64,000 nucleotides of DNA from Azolla caroliniana (lineage: Eukaryota > Plantae > Polypodiophyta). The stretch is taken from contig JBHGNT010000022.1 of assembly GCA_043228905.1 (NCBI GenBank), forward strand, positions 1,178,001-1,242,000, given 5' to 3'. The first letter of the stretch is position 1. The number at the start of each line of letters is the position of its first letter. Made by a program: the position numbers and the translations under genes. This document shows, in pieces, positions 1 through 12,679 of the stretch. The notes under the pieces were generated by a model that searched no databases, had not been told where the DNA came from, and was given only the letters and a program-made list of their open reading frames with translations.

Positions 1-303
1 ATGCACCAGTACCTACTCGGGCACGGGTACTGGAGTTACGTGGAAGGAGCAAATGAAACAACATCGGATTCGAGACATAGAGATTTCCCGGCTTGGGAAC
101 AAGCAACAAGCAAAGTTCTTTACTGCTTTGCATCGTGTGTGTGCGATCAACTTTTGGGCTATATCCAAGATGCCATGATGCCAAAGGATGTGTGGGAGAA
201 CCTCAAGAGGATCTTCGCCGCAAGCACGATGGCCAGGAAATTGCAGCTCAGGTAGGAGCGCAACAATGTTCGGTAGAAAGATTTGTCTGTGGCCGATTAT
301 GCA
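1..303 (+). pseudogene. Copia A gag fragment (Retrotran_gag_2/UBN2-like), with in-frame stops; element begins upstream of the window
   Basis: QYLLGHGYWSYVEG...KDVWENLKRIFAASTMARKLQLR*ERNNVR*KDLSVADY is typical Ty1/copia Gag. Confidence 0.8.
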
Positions 304-548
304 ACCCGAATCTAGTGTTATCCGTGGGACGAAAGGCACGAGGGGTGAAAAGAATTTTAAAAGTAAAGTGTGAAAAGGGACAAGTATGAAAAGGAGAAAC
401 AAGTCAAGCACTAGCAGTCGAGGAAGGTAAACCAAAAGACAAGCAACCGTGAAAAAAGGCCGAGAATCAGGAGGAATTAGCTGAAGCGCATAGGCTATAT
501 AAATCATTAAGAAGCGGGAGGCAAGAGAGACAAAAAATATCTCGTTAA

Positions 549-2477
549 TGTCATGGACACACCAACCATGGAGCTATACTTGATGAGGCTAGAAACTCGG
601 GAAGTTGGGGGTGACGAGGTGAGGAACTTAAGAAGCAGGGCCCGACACAAAGAGCATGAAGACAAAGATAAAGATCAAAGAGACAAGATGACGCGAAATT
701 AGAATACTAGATTGATGTGTCAATGATTGGTGTTGAATCCCTTGAACGGGACCAAGGAGGTTACAAGTATTTATATTGTGAGCTGAAGTACATGCATTAG
801 AATATTTTAGAGAATATTTTGGAGAATATTCTAGAACCTTCTAGTTCTCGAATTTTCTTAACACTCCTAGAACTTGAATAGATAATCTACGACGATATAT
901 ATAATATGGCCATGTTTTTGGGTGTGTTGGTTACAACATAACACTTGAGTATAATACAAGAGATCAAGTGTTTGAATCTTGACATAACTGTTGTCATGTT
1001 TGTGACATTACTCTCCCCTTTATGGCCGCCCTTTCGAAAGCGTCATGGTGCAAGGGTGAACTAAAGTACAAAATCAAAGTTGATTGATGATTGAGCAAGT
1101 CCTCACGAGAAATAACAACACGAATGGATGTGAGCGACCATGTGAGGTCCTCATTGGAGATTGGAACATCAATGCTCCCCTTTTCGAAAGAGCGGGAAGT
1201 GGAGCACTGACAGGAGTCAGAAACCATGTGTTGTCCTCATTGGAGACTAGGTGAGCGACCATGTGCGGTCCTCACCAAAGATTGGAACACAAACGGGCAT
1301 GAGTGACCATGTACGGTCCTCACCGGAGATTGGAATCATTGCTCGCTTGCACTCCATTTTCATTTTGGTCCACACTTCGCTCCACTTTCTTGGTGGGGAA
1401 CATGAACGGGAATGAGTGACCATGTGTGGTCCTCACCGGGAACAGAACAACAACGAACGAAGGAGTGCAAGTTAAGCGGTCAACTCAACTTCTTCTATCA
1501 TTAGAGGGTAAATAGTCGAGGTTGACCCAAAACACGGCACAAATGGTAGTGCTAGCGAGAAACCAACACGATCCCCACCAAGAAAGTGAGTGGTTAGGAC
1601 CCCCACTGGAACTAGAAGGTGAGCGATCGAAATCTATCCTCGTTAAAGGAAAGTGGAGTGAAATGTGGACCAAAATTAAAATGGAGTGCAAGCGAGCAAT
1701 GATTCGATCCCCATCAAGAAAGTGAGTGGTTGTAACCCCCACCGAAACTGTGAAGGTGAGCAATCGAAATCAATCCTCGTGAAAATCGTGAAGCAAAGTG
1801 ATACCTATAGATGAGGACAATGACAATGAAGAGGGCGGAACAATGATGATAATCAAAGGCCACACAAAGTAGTGTTGATGAGGATGAAGGTTGGGCGAAG
1901 TAGCGTTTGAGGAAGACAACAAGAGGTGCTGAAAATGATCGTGTCGAAGACAAGGCAACAAAGACGATGATGATGAGAAGCGTCTCTAGAAAGAACGATT
2001 GTGACTATGGTGATGATGGCGTCTCTAAAAGCAAGGACGGTGACAATGGTAACTCTAGAAGCAAGTGTGATGACGAAGATGGGTGATGTTTCCAGTTGGA
2101 AGGGATTCAAGATATCACTTACACACCAACCACGGAGCTATAAGTGACGAGGCTAGAAACTCGGGAAGTTGGGGGAGACGAGGCGAGAAACTTAAGAAGT
2201 TGGGCATGACACAAGAGCATGAAGAAAAAGATAACGAGACAAGAGACAAGATGGCGCAAAATTAGAATACTAGATTGATGTGTCAATGACTGGTGTTGAA
2301 TCCCTTGAAAGGGACCAAGGAGGTTACAAGTATTATATATTGTGAGCTGAAGTACATGCATGCATTAGAATATTCTAGAGAATATTTTGGAGAATATTTT
2401 AGAATCCTCTAGAACTTGCTAAACACTCCTAGAACTTGAATAGATAATCTACGAAGATATATATAACATGACCATGT
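549..2477 (-). mobile_element. Element B: non-autonomous LTR element (TRIM/LARD-like) with LTRs resembling chromoviruses D/G; 3' LTR 549-1007, 5' LTR 2113-~2477 cut by a pogo end
   Basis: 557-915 and 2121-2476 are direct repeats; 3' LTR bounded by TGTCA...TGACA; PPT (AAGGGGAGAG on minus) at 1011-1020; 1.1-kb interior has no gag/pol motifs; TTCTAGAA-rich U3 as in D/G. Confidence 0.7.
1333..1705. repeat. 57-bp inverted repeat (arms 1333-1389 and 1649-1705), next to ~60-bp degenerate direct repeats (1130-1440), inside element B
   Basis: GAATCATTGCTCGCTTGCACTCC...TCCACTTTC matches the reverse complement of GAAAGTGGAG...GCAATGATTC with 3 mismatches. Confidence 0.8.
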
Positions 2478-2597
2478 ACATTAACCATTCGGTTAAGTGC
2501 GCACTTTGAACACAAGGAAGAAGTGCGCACTTAACTGAGCCGCGCACTTAGGGCTTTCTTACTCAAATCTTTTTTTCCCCAATTTTTTTTTCTTCAT
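2478..2597 (+). mobile_element. Orphan terminal fragment of the pogo-like family seen at 37980-41530
   Basis: TA|CATTAACCATTCGGTTAAGTGCGCACTTTGA...AAGTGCGCACTTAA..GAGCCGCGCACTTAGGGC matches the reverse complement of ~41410-41530. Confidence 0.85.
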
Positions 2598-2599
2598 TG

Positions 2600-4850
2600 A
2601 CGAAGAGTATTTCTCGACTTTGGAGAAGCTGCAGCAGCTAGGGGTCATTGAGATTGGCGATGACACCCCTCACCCCATCGAACACATTGGCAATGTCCCT
2701 TTGAGCCATGTCGGCCAGAGAGGAATCATGGGAAATGTCTTGCATGTGCCGACAATCACCAAGAACCTGGTGTCAGTCGGACAAATTGTCGACTAGGGCA
2801 TGCAAGTTCGGTTTACTCACCTTGGGTTCTTTATTGAAGAGGAAGGTTGAATCATCGCTCAAGGGCGCTGAGAAGAGAGGATGTTTATCCTCGAAACGAA
2901 TGACGTAGACACCGCTATGTTCGCCAAAGGGCAGAAAATCAAAACAGGTATCAACTTCTGGCACAAGTGGTTTGGCCACATCAACTTCCCACGGCTTCGG
3001 GAAATGCAAACAAAGAATATCGTTTTCGGCCTGCCGAAATTCAATGGCCGAAAGGGCCAAGTTTGCGAATCCTACCAATTAGGGAAGCATCATCGACTTC
3101 CATTCCCCAATGAGTGCAATCGGAGCCGAAACAAGATCACTTTGATCCACTCGGATGTGTGGGGACCAACACAAAACGTGAGCATCGGAGGGAGCCGATA
3201 TTTCATGACCTTCACCGATGACTTCACTCGGCATACCTGGGCATGCCTGATTGAGAAGAAGAGCGAAGTCTTCTCCTGTTTCTTGAAGGTGAAGAGCCTT
3301 GCCGAATGGGAAACTAGATGAAAGATCAAATGCCTCGAGGCTAATGGCGGAAAGGAGTACTTTTTCGACCAGTTCTCTAGTTATTTGCAAAAGGAAGGAA
3401 TTCAACGTGAATTCTCCTGCAGATATACGCCGCAACAGAACGACATGGCTGAGCGAAAGAATCAACAATAGAGGAAGCGGCACGAGCAATGCTTGAGGAG
3501 AAGCATATGCCGAAGTTCTATTAGGTCGAAGCGTTAAGGACAACCATATACCTTTAGAATCAGACTTCTGCAAATGGAGGAGTGTCACCACATGAGCTAT
3601 ACTTCGGGAAGAAGTTGAATTTGGGATACTTGAGGGTGTTCGACAACATAACATACGTGCATGTGCCAAAGGAGAAGCGAAGGAAGCTAGATGCCAAAAC
3701 CGAGAAGTGTATCTTAGTCAACTACTTGGATGAGCAAAAGGGTTATAAGTGTTATAACCCCCAAATGAAAGAGGTCCGAGTAAGCGGAGATGTCGTATTC
3801 GATGAGGCGGCTTCATGGTACTTGCCCTCTTCTCCAACCCTTGTTACCTTCGTTCTGAATTTTGAGGATGAGGCCGAGATGCTCTTCGAAGAAGAAGAAA
3901 TCAGAACACTAGAAGAGAGTCTGGTCTCATTTCGGTTAAGTGGGTTGAATGAAGGATTGAGTCAGAACGATCTGTCAGATGTGGAGCCGGTGAGTCGTGG
4001 AGACTCAGTTGTACAATCCCCTCGCAAGGAACAAAGGAGACAACTTACATGCAAGGAGAAAGGGAAGATGAAGATGTCGGAGTACGACACAGATAATGCG
4101 GTGTCAGATCAGGGAGAATCTAACACCAACCGGAGTGAAGACGGACCTCAAGAGTTGAGGTTAGATGTGGTCAAGAGGGCCATTAAATCAATCAATGAGA
4201 AGCTACACCGATCGATTCGCCACAAGAAGCCAATGATCAGGTATGGTTATAATGACTATATGGCACATCATTATGCGTACATGGCGAAGGTGGCAGAAGT
4301 GTGTGAGCTAGAGAGTTATTACACAGAAGCGACAAAGGACACGAATTGGTGTGCCGCTATGGAGGAAGAGATGGCATTGCGTGCATTGGTGGCAAATGAG
4401 ACATGGGACCTGGTAGATGTCCCCAAGGGTGTGGCGTCGATCAGGCGTTGGTGGGTGTACAAGGTCAAGTACAACGTTGACGGCTCCGTCAACCGATACA
4501 AGGCTCGATTGGTGGTAGAGGGTTATGTGCAACAACGCGACATCGATTACAATGAGACGTTTACGCTGGTCGTGAAGATGAAGACCGTCAATGTTTTGCT
4601 AGTGGTAGCGCAACAAAGGGGTGGCATCTACATCAAATGGATGTAAAGAATGTGTCCTGCAAAGCAAGCTTCAAGAATAGGTATACATGGTACAACCCCC
4701 TGGATTTCTATCCAAACAGAACACATCAACAGTTTTCCGACTAAAGAAGTCCTTTATGGCTTAAAGCAATCCTCTCGTGCTTGGAACGCGAAAATCACGC
4801 AAAGGTTGCGTAGGATGGGGTTTGCTCCCTCATAATCGAACTCTTCCTTG
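2600..4850 (+). pseudogene. Copia A pol, part 1 (protease remnant, GAG-pre-integrase, integrase, RT N-terminus), with stops and frameshifts
   Basis: LHVPTITKNLVSVGQ, WHKWFGH, IHSDVWGP, FTDDFTR, KLDAKTEKCIL, YKARLV, LYGLKQSSRAWN; integrase precedes RT (copia order). Confidence 0.92.
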
Positions 4851-4941
4851 TGTTGGTAACTAAGACCGTCAATGCGAAAACATCAACACTTTGCGATGAA
4901 GATCATCGAGTGTACAGGATGAAGGCAAGATCAGAGAACCG

Positions 4942-4991
<50 letters not shown>

Positions 4992-5434
4992 AGGCACACA
5001 AGAAGAATTGTATTATCCAAGCTCTCTCAACAATGGCAACAACATTAACAACTAGGTTACAAAGCCCATTATATACTAAATGGGCTAGGGCAACTGCCCT
5101 TTGACATATTTATAGAATTGTCCTAAATCTAGTTGGTAAAAGATACAATGTGACTACGGCCATTATAGACTAGTATTTGACACTCCACCGTAATGGGCAT
5201 ACACAACAGAAATATGTAATAAAGAAAGCAAATAGACAATACAGATTTTTACAAGATCGTCAAACAAATCATATTTTTGTTCGAGTCGGTAAACTCTGAA
5301 AAACAGGAGGCCGAATCGGCCGGGGTCGGAGGAGCTAAGACCGAACCTCGAACTGTTGATGATTGTTCGAAACCATCCTAAATGTCTGACTCAATTAGAC
5401 TAATTCTTCATTACGTCCATTTGTGCCGAAGGGA

Positions 5435-6467
5435 TCAGAATTGATCTGCCGAAAGACACTTGGTCATCCCATCTACGACATTATCGGATGTAGATATTTT
5501 CTCAAGACCGATTTTCCTTGAAATGACGCAGTCCCAAACAAAATGATATCGAACTTCGATATGCTTTGAGTCATTGTGATGAACTGGATTTTTTGATAGA
5601 GGAACAACACCCTGATTGTCGTTGTAGACAACTGGAGCCAAGTTAGAGTCGACTTGTCGAAACGTGTGTGCTAGCCGACCGAGCCATAAAGCCTTTTTCA
5701 CCGCATCGGACACGACTACGCATTTGGCCTCAGTTGTTGATGTGGCCGTGCACTCTTGAAGTTTTGATTTCCACGAAATTGCTCCATTGTCGAATTTGAA
5801 GGAGTACCTGGTTGTTGATTTTCGGCAGTCCACACAGCCAACGAAATCTAAGTCGGTGTAACTGACTACACCTAAGATTTTGTGCGGACTGAAGAGGATG
5901 CCAAGGTCGTGTGTGCCCATCAAGTATCTGAATGCATGCTTAACTACATTCCAATGCGATCGGCCTGGGTTGTGCATGAATTTGCTGCCAACGACATGAA
6001 CAATGTTAGGCATGATCAATCTCCTACGGCATGAACAATGACAGGCTGTGTCGCAAACATCGCGTACATCAAGGAGCCGATTGTCGGTGCATATGGTACC
6101 GACTTCATAATTTCCCCCTCCAGACCGGATGTAGGTCAAAGTAGATTTGGCTGATTGCATGTGGAAGCGCTCTAAGACACGTCTGATGTAGTCAGATTGA
6201 GACAGAAAAGTTGTCTTTGATTCCGATTCCAACTTATCTTCATCCCAAGAATGTGTCTTGCTGGACCGAGGTCCTTCATTGCAAACTTCCACCACAGTTG
6301 CCGAACGAGTTCGGCGAGCTCTTCGGCATGCCGACCAGAGAGTAGCATGTCATCCACGTAGATGATGAGGAAGACGGGTGACCCATCTTGAGTTGTTTTC
6401 GTGAAGAGGTAGTGGTCCTCATCGCTCTTGGAGAAGCCAATTGATTCGATGAAGTTGTCAAACTTCT
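5435..6467 (-). pseudogene. Copia C RT C-terminus and RNase H
   Basis: YVDDML, FAMKDLGPARHILGMKI, ISWKSKLQ, STTEAK, SKHIEVRYHFV. Confidence 0.92.
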
Positions 6468-6556
6468 TGTCAGGAATAGTACTAAAGTAGAGAGGGAATT
6501 AGTACTAAAGAAGAGAAGTACTATTAGTACTAAGAGAACGGGACTGCGTAAGATTC

Positions 6557-6596
<40 letters not shown>

Positions 6597-6919
6597 AAGA
6601 GGGAGATAGAGAGGAAGAGAGAGAGAGATGATGATGATAACAGCTAATATATTATGTGAAGGATAAGTACAAAATGGCTAAGAGGCTTAAGACTAGCGTT
6701 GAACCAATTTGGTTCAATATAATGCCTAGTGCCTTCTTTTATACTATTCTCAAGAGTAATCTTGAAGCTTCTAGAATGTTCTAGAGAAATCTAGAATATA
6801 CATTAATTTCCTATAATAAAACTTAAATGACAATAATATCCTATGTATTACAATAGATGGTATAATGGTCAAGAGCTCGACCCATATAACATAAGGTCAT
6901 GGGTTCGAGTCTTGCCATA

Positions 6920-7863
6920 TCATGACACTCTCTCCCCCTTAAGGCGACGAGTGAAACGAGTCGGTGCTGATTGCGGACCGGGTTTGTCCGGATACTTTAG
7001 ATGGAACTCAGCAAGAAGATCCTGAGCATTGGCGACATGCTCGACGGGTTCCCAAGTACGTTCAATCGGACTATAGCCGAGCCAATCAACCAAATAATAA
7101 AGTTTGTTGCGAACAAATTTGGAGTCGAGGATGGTAGCAACTTCATACTCTGGGCCGACGTCTAACTCAAGCGGGGGCGGCGGTGGTGTAACACGATCTA
7201 GAAAAGTGTTTGCTTTATAAGGTTCAAGAAGAGAACTATGGAAGACCGGATGTATCCGAAGATGCGGAGGAAGATCAAGGCGGAACGTGACATCATTAAC
7301 CTTACCGGTAATACGGAAAGGACAGAGTCGGCGATAATCCAACTTGTCGCACGGTCGAGTAGTCTTGATGTGACGAAGTAAAAGCCATACTCGATCTCTG
7401 ATGGCCAAAGAGGAGGGAAGCCGATGACGATCCGCGTAAGTCTTCTATGTTTGTTGAGCATGACGAAGATGAGTAGAGAGATCCATCTGGATCTTGCGTA
7501 GTCTCTCCAAATGATCCCCAACACAAGGATTGGTAGGTAGCTCCAGGGTGTCGATCACCAACTAGCGAGGATGAGAACCGGTATAAGCGTAGAATGGGGA
7601 GACTCGAGTCGAGGAGTGAACAACATTATTATACGCAAACTCCGCAAAGTGGAGAATCTTGTCCCAATCGTCCTGTTGATAACTCAAGAAACACCGGAGA
7701 TATTGCTCCAGCGTTTGGTTTGTTCGTTCCGCCTGCCCATCGGTCTGAGGATGGTAGCCGAAGGAGAGGTTGCAAGAGACCTTGAGCATCTTGAAGAGAT
7801 GCTGCCAAAATTTGGAGACAAATTGCAGTCCTCGGTCACTGATGATACTGTATGGGAGGTCGT
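6920..7863 (-). pseudogene. Element D integrase C-terminus and chromodomain
   Basis: IISDRG, YHPQTDGQAERTNQ, IHPVFHSSLL, EYEVATILDS...YYLVDWLGYSPIERTWEP. Confidence 0.93.
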
Positions 7864-9618
7864 TGTCGCGAATTTTCACGCGCATGTGTTACTTGGGCGG
7901 GACCACAGGGGTCTCGGACTAGGGAGTACTCGAGGGATAGAGAAGACCCGAGGTTTGCTTTATGACAATACTACTTTCCCACCCCTTCCCGAGCAAGGTC
8001 TCGTTCCCCTTTTGTTTTGTGAGGCCGGTGGCTCTCGTTGATCACGACTCGTCGACCTTCCGAGATCACCGTACGACCCAAGTGACCAAACAAGTACAAG
8101 CAAGATGAGCACGCAACATGAACGCACAAGGGGACGATAACACAAACACGAATGTCCGTACGACTTTATGAGGAGGAGAGGTGCATGGGCGCGCCTGAAC
8201 ACTCCCTTGTGACAAGACGTCGAACGTACGAGGAAGACACAAAACACACGCACAAAATGCTCGTATGCCTTTATGAGGAGGAGAGGTGCATGGGCAAGCC
8301 CGAACGGTCCCCTTGTCACAAGACGGTCGAACGTACAAGGAAGACACAAACACACACACAAATGCTCGTACATCTTTATGAGGAGGAGAGGTGCATGGGC
8401 AAGCCCGAACGGTCCCCTCATCACAAGACGGCCGAACGTACAAGGAAGACACAAACACACGCACAAATGCTCGTACGCCTTTATGAGGAGGAGAGGTGCA
8501 TGGGCAAGCCCGAACGGTCCCTTCGTCACAAGACGGTCGAACGTACAGGGAAGACACAAACACACGCACAAAATGCTCGTACGCCTTTATGAGGAGGAGA
8601 GGTGCATGGGCAAGCCCGAACGGTCCCCTCGTCACAAGACGGCCGAACGTACAAGGAAGACACAAACACACATACAAATGCTCGTACGCCTTTATGAGGA
8701 GGAGAGGTGCATGGGCAAGCCCAAACGGTCCCCTCGTCACAAGACGGCTGAACGTACAAGAAAGACACGAATAAAGAAAGAAGGAGAGAAAGAAACACGA
8801 ACAATATTGACCAAAGAGTTAAATACGTGTTTGATTCTAATGCAAGAGGACCCTTTATAAAATAGGGTTTTGTTTACAATGGCAACTTATAGTTAACCAC
8901 AAGCTCAATCAAAACATAAATATTAAATGCCCTTAGAGACAAGGCAAAACCGAACACGGCGAAGACGAACACACGAGCACCACCAAAATGTCAATCCCAA
9001 CGAACCACGACCACCCGAACAGCAAGCACACGGGCTCGCAACGACGAACAGGGCGGAGCAACATCAAGCCAACGAAGCTTGGGCTCACGAGCACGTGGCG
9101 ATGGGGGGATGAAGGGGTATGAGATGAAGAAAAGTGGTGAATAAGGAGATGAAGAGCTTCGAAGGAAAATTGGCGATAGTCTCCTCCTCCCAAAACGTCC
9201 TTCGAAATGAGCCCCCCTCGACCTCTTTTTATAGGAAAAAAAGAAGGGGGGGGTCGCCAAAATTGTCTTCAATGAAAAAGGAATAAAATTCCTTAAATCA
9301 CACTACATTGTAAGACTAGATTTGAACCGTGCACCTCTAGCTAGTAGTCAATGTGATTATCCACTAACCCACTAACTCTTTCTTATATAATATATAATTC
9401 TATCTCTATAAATTTATAGCCTGTCTCCCCTCTACCCTTTATCTCACCTCTCTCTTACTTTTTGCACGAGCTTCTATACCTCCCTTTTACCCTTTCTTTT
9501 CCTTTTTATTTTGCATATGCACAATTAATCGCTTTTGTGTGCACACACATTGCACATGCACATTTTTTACCCCCTTTTCGCCGGTTTTTCCAACCCTTGA
9601 GCACGCCACATCACGACA
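7864..9618 (-). mobile_element. Element S: 1755-bp solo LTR of a family related to element E, inserted in D integrase
   Basis: Ends TGTCGCG...CACGACA; 4-bp TSD CCGT (left copy TCGT); shares GGGCGG.ACCAC.GGGGTCTCGGACTA and a CCTCT..TTTATAG TATA region with the E LTR; D integrase rejoins across it. Confidence 0.8.
8150..8770. repeat. Tandem array of six ~105-bp units inside solo LTR S
   Basis: TTATGAGGAGGAGAGG recurs at 8166, 8271, 8376, 8481, 8587, 8692. Confidence 0.95.
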
Positions 9619-11987
9619 CCGTGATGCCGAAATACCTCACGCATGACAAGGGCAACGATTACCTCACTAGTGATGGCCTTAGTACACGGCACAAAATGTG
9701 CCATCTTCATATATCGATCGACGACGGTTAAGATAGCATCGAACCCCTTCGAGACCGGCAAATCTGTGATAAAATCAAGACAAATAGACTACCACGGCTT
9801 ACTTGGAATCGGTAAGGGTTCCAACAAGCCATATCGATGGTGTTGTGGCATCTTTGCTCGGCAGCAAGCATCACAGGTCCGAACGTAGTCGTTGACAAAA
9901 CGTCGCATATGGGGCCACCAAAAGGATCGTTGAACTAGATCCAACGTCTTAGTGCTATCGAAATGTCCCGCCATATGGGTGTCGTGACAACTTTGGACGA
10001 TTTGAAGGCGACAGGAGCAATCGGGGACATATACAAGCTTTTTAAAGAATAACAAACCATCATGATATTCGAATTGGGTAGTCCATACCTGGTTGCTGAG
10101 ACTGGGAACAGGATGCCCGAGAGGTATCAATGTGCACTAGAATGTCTTGAGCAAAATTGTTCGTCTTCAAATTCGCACGTATGGTGTCGATAATATGGGA
10201 ATCCATTGGGGTGTGAAAAATCCGCGTTATGTGCAATCGTGTTGGTCCCAAGATTACTTGTTTTTTATTATCGAACGTGGGATCACCAAGACAAGGTGCA
10301 AGATATGAACGTCGTGATAGTGCATCTGCCTTTCCTTGTTGCTTCCCTGGTCGATATGTGATTTTGAAATCAAAACGTGTGAGGAATTGAGCCCACCTAG
10401 CTTGCCGTTGATTTAACACACGAGCGTTCTGGAAATAAGAAAGATTCTTGTGATCACTGAAGACAATGACCTGATGTGGAGAGCCCTCCAAAAAATGCTG
10501 CCATTGCACAAATGAATCCACGATGGCTAATAACTCCTTGTCATGTATTTCATAGTTGATTTCTGCAGCATCAAATTTGCGCGAATGGAAAGCCACAGGA
10601 TGTAACTCTTCTTTATCTCCTTGTTGAGAAAGGATGCTACCGAGGGCGAAATCTGATGCGTCGGCCTCCATGATGAATGGTTTGCTTGTATCCACATGGG
10701 CTAGAATAGGTGTTGATGTAAAGGCTTTCTTAAGATGCCAAAAAGCCAAATCCGCTTCATTGGACCAAAGAAATGCTTGTCCCTTCTTCGTAAGTTGTGT
10801 GAGAGGTAAAATAATCTTCGAGTAATCCTGTATAAACTTGCGGTAGAAGTTAGCAAAACCTAGAAAACATTGTACATCTCGTATTGACCGTGGAATTTGC
10901 CACTCTAGCACAATTTGGACTTTAGCTGGATCCATGGAGATGCCCTTTGAGGAGATAACATAGCCTAGAAATTCCACTTGCTTGCAGTCGAAGCTGCATT
11001 TTTCTAGCTTGGCATAAAGACCATTCTCGCGGACTCGGTTTAGTACTAATAGTACATGAGAATCGTGCTCTTCCTGGGTCTTCGAATAAATCAATAGATC
11101 ATCCAAATAGATGATCAAATAGATATCCAAGAGGTCTCTGAATATATCATTTGCCATGTGTTGGAAGATTGCGGGTGCATTGGTTAGACCGAACAACATA
11201 ACAGTATATTCGAAATGCCCATACCGCGTGCGAAAGGCAGTCTTCCATTCATCTCCTGGTCGGATCCGCACGAGGTTATACGCTCCTCGTAGATCGATTT
11301 TTGTAAAAAACTTGGCACCATTAACTCGCTCTAAAAGACTTGATATAAGAGGAAGTGCATACCTATTCCGGATGGTGACCTTATTTAAACCGCGGTAATC
11401 AACGACAAGACGAAGTCAGCCATCTTTCTTCTTGACAAAGAAGATGGGTGCTCCGACCGGAGATTTCGAATGACGAATAAACCCACTTGCCAAGTTCTCC
11501 TCTATGTTGGCTTGAAGGACTTCTAACTCGGTGGATGACAAGTTGTAGATTGGTCCCCATGGTGGCTCTGCTCCTGGTTGTAAATCGTAGGGACAATCGT
11601 AGGGACGATGATGAGGAAGAGTACCGGCTTTTACCTTGTCAAATACGTCGACATAAGGATGATATTTTGCCTGAAGTTGCACTAAGGATTCCTCCTTAAT
11701 ATTGCTGGAAGGATGTACTGATATGGCAAATAGGAACATTGCCTCCTTGTGTCCATCTTCGCGTAGTTGATGTAATGAAATGGTTGAAACTCGATGAGTA
11801 GATTCTTGGGGTTGCCCATATCGGACTTCTCTTGTTCTCCAATCTATGTCTGGATTATGTAGTTCAAACCAAGGTAATCCCAGGACAATGGGATGCTCTG
11901 GACCACTAATTATATTAAATGATACTACACACACAAAACTACCTAGGACAACCTAAATGGGTTCTGACTCCTCTACAATTTTCCCGG
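9619..11987 (-). pseudogene. Element D pol (protease C-part, RT, RNase H, integrase zinc finger), frameshifted
   Basis: WKTAFRTRYGHFEY, YLDD, EADASDFALG, YEIHDKELLAIV, H-H-C-C motif. Confidence 0.95.
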
Positions 11988-12679
11988 TGTCGCGTTGTTA
12001 CGCGCGTGCGTGGAGAAGGGCGGAACCACGGGGGTCTCGGACTAAGGAGAAGGGGAGAAGGAATAGGACTTCGGAATGGAGCTTAGCACAAGAAGAGAAA
12101 GAACGAACAAGAGGAAGATGGAGGCCAAATGCTCAACAAGATATATTAGAACCGAACACCGATTACAAAATGGCGGCCGCGTAGGCCGCACCAAACGGCT
12201 ATGATAAACCCGAAACCCTAATCCGACGAAGAAGAAAAGAAACCCTAACTAAGGAACCCTAAACGAAATGGTATACCTCACTCACACTCCAAAATAAGGC
12301 AACCCCCACAATGGTGCTCTTCCTCTCCCTTTATAGCACAAGGAGGGAAGACCGTTACATAAAAGGGTGCTACAAAATATCCCCTTTCAATCAATGGGGA
12401 TATTTCCCTTGATTTTAGGGGAGGTGGGAAGGATGGGTCTTAACTCCCACCTCTACACGAACTACTATGTACCTATCTCTCTCTCTCACGTGGATGTGCG
12501 CGCAAAAGCACATCACCTCTACACTTTACAAATCCTAAGGTGCATTTCTAGCACCATACTTATCACTATCGATAAATAGAAATACAACATGGTGATGTGC
12601 AACGTTGCACATCGCGGGTTTGCTTGCTTCGCTCGGTTTTCCGCCTATGGACGAAAATCTTCACGACATCCGCCCCCAC

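Noticed and set aside
304-548. Possible further LTR fragment starting TGTTA at 316 with a TATA at ~495
   Set aside because: No partner LTR, matching end or TSD in the window
8150-8770. 105-bp array as a CRISPR array or repeat-protein gene
   Set aside because: Units are contiguous near-identical copies with no unique spacers and no cas genes; ORFs appear in several frames on both strands and a 106-bp unit breaks the frame
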